Of a stretch of 64,000 nucleotides of DNA, positions 60,280 to 64,000 are shown in pieces. The stretch is from positions 23,998 to 87,997 of the forward strand of contig CADBYH010000002.1 in NCBI GenBank assembly GCA_902798815.1. The letters run 5' to 3'. Within the stretch, counting starts at the first letter, position 1. Each line of letters begins with the position of its first letter. This DNA comes from an uncultured Erysipelotrichaceae bacterium. GTDB lineage: Bacteria > Bacillota_I > Bacilli_A > RF39 > UBA660. A model generated the notes under the pieces. The model was not told the origin of the DNA and searched no databases. It worked only from the letters and a program-made list of their open reading frames with translations. The position numbers and the translations under genes are program-made.

Positions 60280-60391
60280 AAAATATTGCCAAGAACAAAT
60301 ATATATGGTATAAAATTACTTGTAATTTTAAAAGAGAGACACAAAAATGTTTAATTAACATATAATGTTGTGACAAAAGGGAGGACGAAGT

Positions 60392-60835
60392 ATGAGTCTT
60401 AAATTAAAAAAAGAAGAATTAGAATTACTATCAAATAAAGATATTGCAGAATTAATACTTGAAAATAGTAAAAAAACAATTAATACTGCAGATTTATTTA
60501 AAAAAATAATTAAATTATTAGAATTACCAGAATCTACATTTGAAGCAAAAATAGCTGATTTCTATACTTCTTTAGCAACAGATAAAAGATTTATATTGTT
60601 AAATAATGGAAAGTGGGATTTAAGAAGTAAACATACATCAGATAAAGTTGTAAAAGTAATATCAGAAGACGATGAAGACGATGAAGATGAAAACGAAGAA
60701 AACACATCATCTATAGAAGATATTGAAGAAGACAATTATGATGATAATGAAGATGAAGACTACAATGAAGATACAAATGAAGAATTAAAAGATTTAGTAG
60801 TGATAGATGAAGATGAATTAGAACTAGAAGAATAA
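60392..60835 (+). CDS. rpoE: DNA-directed RNA polymerase delta subunit
   Basis: HARE-HTH N-domain (FYTSLATDKRFILLNNGKWDLR) and a long D/E tail. Confidence 0.92.
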   Translation: MSLKLKKEELELLSNKDIAELILENSKKTINTADLFKKIIKLLELPESTFEAKIADFYTSLATDKRFILLNNGKWDLRSKHTSDKVVKVISEDDEDDEDENEENTSSIEDIEEDNYDDNEDEDYNEDTNEELKDLVVIDEDELELEE

Positions 60836-60918
60836 TCTAGTTTTTTTCATTACAAACAAAATAAAACTTTATTTTATTTACTAATATGATATAATACTGA
60901 AAGAAAGGAATGACCCTT

Positions 60919-61986
60919 ATGATAGAAAGATTAGAAGCAACACTACAAAAATATCAGGAATTAGAAGCAGAATTGACTAAACCAGAAGTACTTAGTGATA
61001 TAAAAAAAACAAGACAATATTCAAAAGAAATGTCTGATCTAGAAGATATTGTTAATTGCTATAAAAAATACAAAAAAATTCTTGAAGATATAGATGATAC
61101 AAAAGAAATGTCTAAAGATCCAGAACTTGGAGAAATGGCAAAAGAAGAACTAAAAGTTTTAGAACAAACAAAAGAAGAATTAGATAAAGAATTAGAAATT
61201 CTATTAATTCCAAAAGATCCTAATGATTCTAAAAACGTAATAATGGAAATAAGAGGAGCTGCTGGAGGAGATGAAGCAAATATTTTTGCAGGAGATCTAT
61301 TTAGAATGTATACAAGATATGCAGAAAAACAAGGATTTACATATCAAGTATATAATTCAGTAGAAGGAACAGCAGGAGGATTTAGTCAAATAGAATTGAT
61401 TATTAAAGGTAAAGGAGCATATTCTTTATTAAAATATGAAAGTGGATCTCATAGAGTTCAAAGAGTCCCAGTAACAGAATCAAACGGAAGATTACAAACA
61501 TCAACAGCAACAGTTTTAGTAATGCCAGAAGCCGATGAAGATGTTGAAATAGAAATCAATCCAAATGATTTAAGAATTGATATATATAGATCAAGTGGAT
61601 GTGGAGGACAAGGGGTAAATACAACAGACTCAGCAGTAAGAATAACTCATTTACCTACAGGATTAGTAGTTACTTGCCAAAATGAAAGAAGTCAAATTCA
61701 AAATAAAGAACAAGCAATGAAAGTATTAAAATCTCGACTATATGAACTTCAAGAACAGGAAAAAGCAGAAAAAGAAGGAAATGAAAGAAGAAGTAAAATA
61801 GGTACAGGAGATAGAGCAGAAAAAATAAGAACATATAATTATCCTCAAAATAGAGTTACAGATCATAGAATAGGATATACAACAAACAGTCTAGATAGAA
61901 TTATGGATGGAGCACTTGATAATTTAATTGATGCCTTAATCCAAGAAGATCAAAAAAGAAAACTACAAGGAGAAACAAGTGAATAA
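60919..61986 (+). CDS. prfA: Peptide chain release factor 1
   Basis: PVTE tripeptide-region variant of PxT and GGQ motif (SGCGGQGVN). ATG at 60919 is preferred over 60910 because of the RBS spacing. Confidence 0.96.
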   Translation: MIERLEATLQKYQELEAELTKPEVLSDIKKTRQYSKEMSDLEDIVNCYKKYKKILEDIDDTKEMSKDPELGEMAKEELKVLEQTKEELDKELEILLIPKDPNDSKNVIMEIRGAAGGDEANIFAGDLFRMYTRYAEKQGFTYQVYNSVEGTAGGFSQIELIIKGKGAYSLLKYESGSHRVQRVPVTESNGRLQTSTATVLVMPEADEDVEIEINPNDLRIDIYRSSGCGGQGVNTTDSAVRITHLPTGLVVTCQNERSQIQNKEQAMKVLKSRLYELQEQEKAEKEGNERRSKIGTGDRAEKIRTYNYPQNRVTDHRIGYTTNSLDRIMDGALDNLIDALIQEDQKRKLQGETSE

Positions 61987-62812
61987 TTATACTGTAGAAG
62001 AACTATTAGTATATGGAAAAAAACACATTCATTCTGAATATGCAAAAATTCTTTTAGCAGAACTAATTAATAAGAATCCATTGGAATTATTAAATTGTTT
62101 AGATGAAGAAGTAACAAAAGAAATATATGAAATATATCAAAAAGAAGTAAAAGCAGTAGAATCAGGAAAACCAATTCAATATGCAATAGGAAATGTTAAT
62201 TTTTATGGAAATAAATTTTATATAGATGAAAGAGTATTAATACCAAGATTTGAAACAGAAGAATTAGTTGAAAATACAATTAACTATGTAAAAAAGTATT
62301 TTTCAGAACCAATTGATATAGTTGATTTAGGTTGTGGAAGTGGAGTAATTGGTTTAACCTTAGAAAAAAAACTATCCACAAAAACTGTGGATTTAATTGA
62401 TATTAGTAAAGATGCTTTAGAAGTTACTCACAAAAATTGTGGATTATTTAATTCTAAAGCAAATATTATTGAAAATGATTTTTTAAATAATATAACAAAA
62501 CAGTATGATGTAATAATAAGTAATCCACCTTATATTATGAATAATGAGGAAATAGAACAAATTGTAAAAGATAACGAACCAGAAATTGCACTATATGCAG
62601 GAGAAGATGGATTGGATTGTTATAAAAAAATATTAAAAAATATAAAAAACAATATGAAAGATAGATGTCTAGTTGCATTTGAAATTGGTTATAAACAGGC
62701 ACAACCAATAATAGAAATAATAAATAAAGAACTAGAAAATGTAAGAATAGAAGTAAAAAAAGATCTTCAAGAAAAAGACAGAATGCTATTTATTTTTAAA
62801 AACATTGAATAA
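61979..62812 (+). CDS. prmC: Release factor glutamine methyltransferase
   Basis: DLGCGSG and NPPY motifs. GTG start 6 nt after AAGGAG, overlapping the prfA end. Confidence 0.93.
   Translation: MNNYTVEELLVYGKKHIHSEYAKILLAELINKNPLELLNCLDEEVTKEIYEIYQKEVKAVESGKPIQYAIGNVNFYGNKFYIDERVLIPRFETEELVENTINYVKKYFSEPIDIVDLGCGSGVIGLTLEKKLSTKTVDLIDISKDALEVTHKNCGLFNSKANIIENDFLNNITKQYDVIISNPPYIMNNEEIEQIVKDNEPEIALYAGEDGLDCYKKILKNIKNNMKDRCLVAFEIGYKQAQPIIEIINKELENVRIEVKKDLQEKDRMLFIFKNIE
62372..62446. promoter_or_regulatory. Two inverted DnaA-box-like pairs inside prmC
   Basis: CTATCCACA-AAAAC-TGTGGATTT (62372-94) and TTACTCACA-AAAAT-TGTGGATTA (62424-46). Positions 62373-92 are identical to 54497-54516. Confidence 0.35.
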
Positions 62813-62822
62813 AATATTAAAA

Positions 62823-62855
62823 AAAATCTCACTATTTAAATGAAGGTGAGATTTT
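62823..62855 (+). terminator. Hairpin after prmC overlapping the spoIIR RBS
   Basis: AAAATCTCAC, a 13-nt loop, then GTGAGATTTT. The 3' arm contains part of the AAGGTGAG RBS. Confidence 0.6.
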
Positions 62856-62858
62856 TAT

Positions 62859-63338
62859 ATGAAAAAAACAATAATAATAATTACAATAATAATATCAATA
62901 ATGTGCATCTACAAACATACAAAAAATGAAGAGGATATAATAAGATTTAGAATAATAGCCAATAGTAATTCTGAAACAGATCAAAAATTAAAAAAAGAAA
63001 TAGTAAAAGATTTATCTAAAACATTAATAAACAAAACTATTAAAAATGCAGCAGAAGAAAGAAAATATCTGAAAGAGCAACTCCCAACATTTGAAAGAAT
63101 AATAAATAACAAAACAAATAATTATAATATTAATTATGGATATAATTATTTTCCTAAAAAAACTTATAATGGAAAAACATATGAAGAAGGTAATTATGAG
63201 TCATTAGTAATAACTATTGGAAAAGGAGAGGGAGATAATTTCTGGTGTATATTATTTCCTCCGTTATGTATGATAGATGAAGATAATGATATAGAGTATG
63301 AATCATTTATTAAAAATGCACTAAAAAAACTCCGCTAA
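62859..63338 (+). CDS. spoIIR: Stage II sporulation protein R
   Basis: IRFRIIANSNS..DQ.LK and FWCILFPPLC motifs, with a signal anchor. Confidence 0.9.
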   Translation: MKKTIIIITIIISIMCIYKHTKNEEDIIRFRIIANSNSETDQKLKKEIVKDLSKTLINKTIKNAAEERKYLKEQLPTFERIINNKTNNYNINYGYNYFPKKTYNGKTYEEGNYESLVITIGKGEGDNFWCILFPPLCMIDEDNDIEYESFIKNALKKLR

Positions 63339-63477
63339 CATATAATATATAGACAAATATAATTACTAAGTTTACGACAATTTCTCTAATAAATTAACCA
63401 ATCAATTGACAAAAAAAGTTTTATTACTTATGATTAAGTTGAGAAACAAGAATTATAATTTGTTTGGAGGAATAAAA

Positions 63478-64000
63478 ATGAAAATTATGGAAATTGAAGG
63501 TGGCAAAGACCTTTCGGGAACAATTAGGATTAGTGGAGCAAAAAACGCAACAGTTGCCTTAATTCCAGCAGCTATTTTAACAGATGAAGAAGCAACAATT
63601 TGTAACATACCTGAAATAACAGATACAGAAGCATTATGCGATATTTTAAAAGAGTTAAAAGTTGATGTTAAAAGAGCAAGTGAAAGTATTATAGTTAATC
63701 CAAAAAATATGGAAAATATAGAAATTGCAGAAAAATTCTCAAAAAAATTGAGAGCATCGTATTATTTTATGGGAGCATTACTAGGAAAATACAAGAAGGC
63801 TGTAATGTATTTTCCAGGAGGATGCTCAATCGGTGCCAGACCAATAGATCTTCATTTAAAAGGATTTGAAGCGTTAGGAGCAACAGTTCAAAATGAAGGA
63901 AATAAATATATAGTTGAGGCAGAATCACTACATGGAGCAAACATATATTTAGATATTGCATCAGTAGGTGCAACAATCAATATAATGCTAGCAGCAGTAA
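63478..64000 (+). CDS. murA: UDP-N-acetylglucosamine 1-carboxyvinyltransferase (5' part, runs off right edge)
   Basis: Hand translation gives MKIMEIEGGKDLSGTIRISGAKNATVALIPAAIL...KLRASYYFMGALL...GGCSIGARPIDLH. GGAGG RBS. It was not listed in the ORF track because it has no stop codon within the window. Confidence 0.93.
   Translation, partial: MKIMEIEGGKDLSGTIRISGAKNATVALIPAAILTDEEATICNIPEITDTEALCDILKELKVDVKRASESIIVNPKNMENIEIAEKFSKKLRASYYFMGALLGKYKKAVMYFPGGCSIGARPIDLHLKGFEALGATVQNEGNKYIVEAESLHGANIYLDIASVGATINIMLAAV

Noticed and set aside
1-64000. Search for mobile elements, prophage remnants, defence islands, toxin-antitoxin pairs, tRNA/rRNA genes and CRISPR arrays
   Set aside because: Nothing supports them. 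There are no transposase, integrase or recombinase motifs, no long inverted or direct repeats bounding segments, and no gap above about 170 bp left unexplained. The few GC-richer non-coding patches are the T-box leader and the SRP RNA.

Overview
Very AT-rich (by eye well under 35% GC) chromosomal replication-origin region of a low-GC, spore-forming Firmicute. RpoE-delta, DUF1934-argS, ComK and Noc together with sporulation genes suggest a Bacilli/Erysipelotrichia-like lineage, which is inference only. dnaA (minus strand) and rpmH (plus strand) diverge from a DnaA-box-rich spacer at about 33.1-33.35 kb. Everything to its left is on the minus strand: dnaA-dnaN-comK-recF-gyrB-gyrA, SRP RNA-tadA-dnaX-ybaB-recR-bofA-holB-ricT, rsmI-pth-mfd, metG, tatD, sipW, rsmA-yabG-veg-spoVG, yabP-yabQ-divIC, tilS-ftsH, mscL, dusB. 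Nearly everything to its right is on the plus strand: rpmH-rnpA-yidC-jag, mnmE-mnmG-rsmG, noc-soj-spo0J, ychF, rpsF-ssb-rpsR, DHH-rplI-dnaB, walJ-rlmH-ung, argS, rpoE, prfA-prmC, spoIIR, murA. The one head-on block is pta-lemA-PBP1. Coding density is very high. I found no rRNA, tRNA, CRISPR array, transposase/integrase or recognisable defence or toxin-antitoxin module, and no convincing novel multi-gene system. The most unusual items come from reading non-coding DNA. (1) A 92-bp array in the gyrA/SRP-RNA spacer holds two perfect parS sites flanking one perfect and one degenerate Noc-binding site. (2) The cognate Noc paralog lacks an N-terminal membrane helix and carries a linker of about 240 aa that looks disordered. 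(3) A minimal SRP RNA of about 75 nt is hidden under a spurious N-terminal extension of the tadA ORF. (4) A 58-aa BofA-like ORF falls below the ORF-track cutoff. (5) Inverted DnaA-box pairs lie outside oriC, including a 20-bp exact repeat shared by a terminator and the prmC coding sequence. (6) A SipW-type signal peptidase sits next to two paralogous anchored proteins of unknown function. All coordinates of RNA ends and sites were read by eye, and no searches or folding were run.
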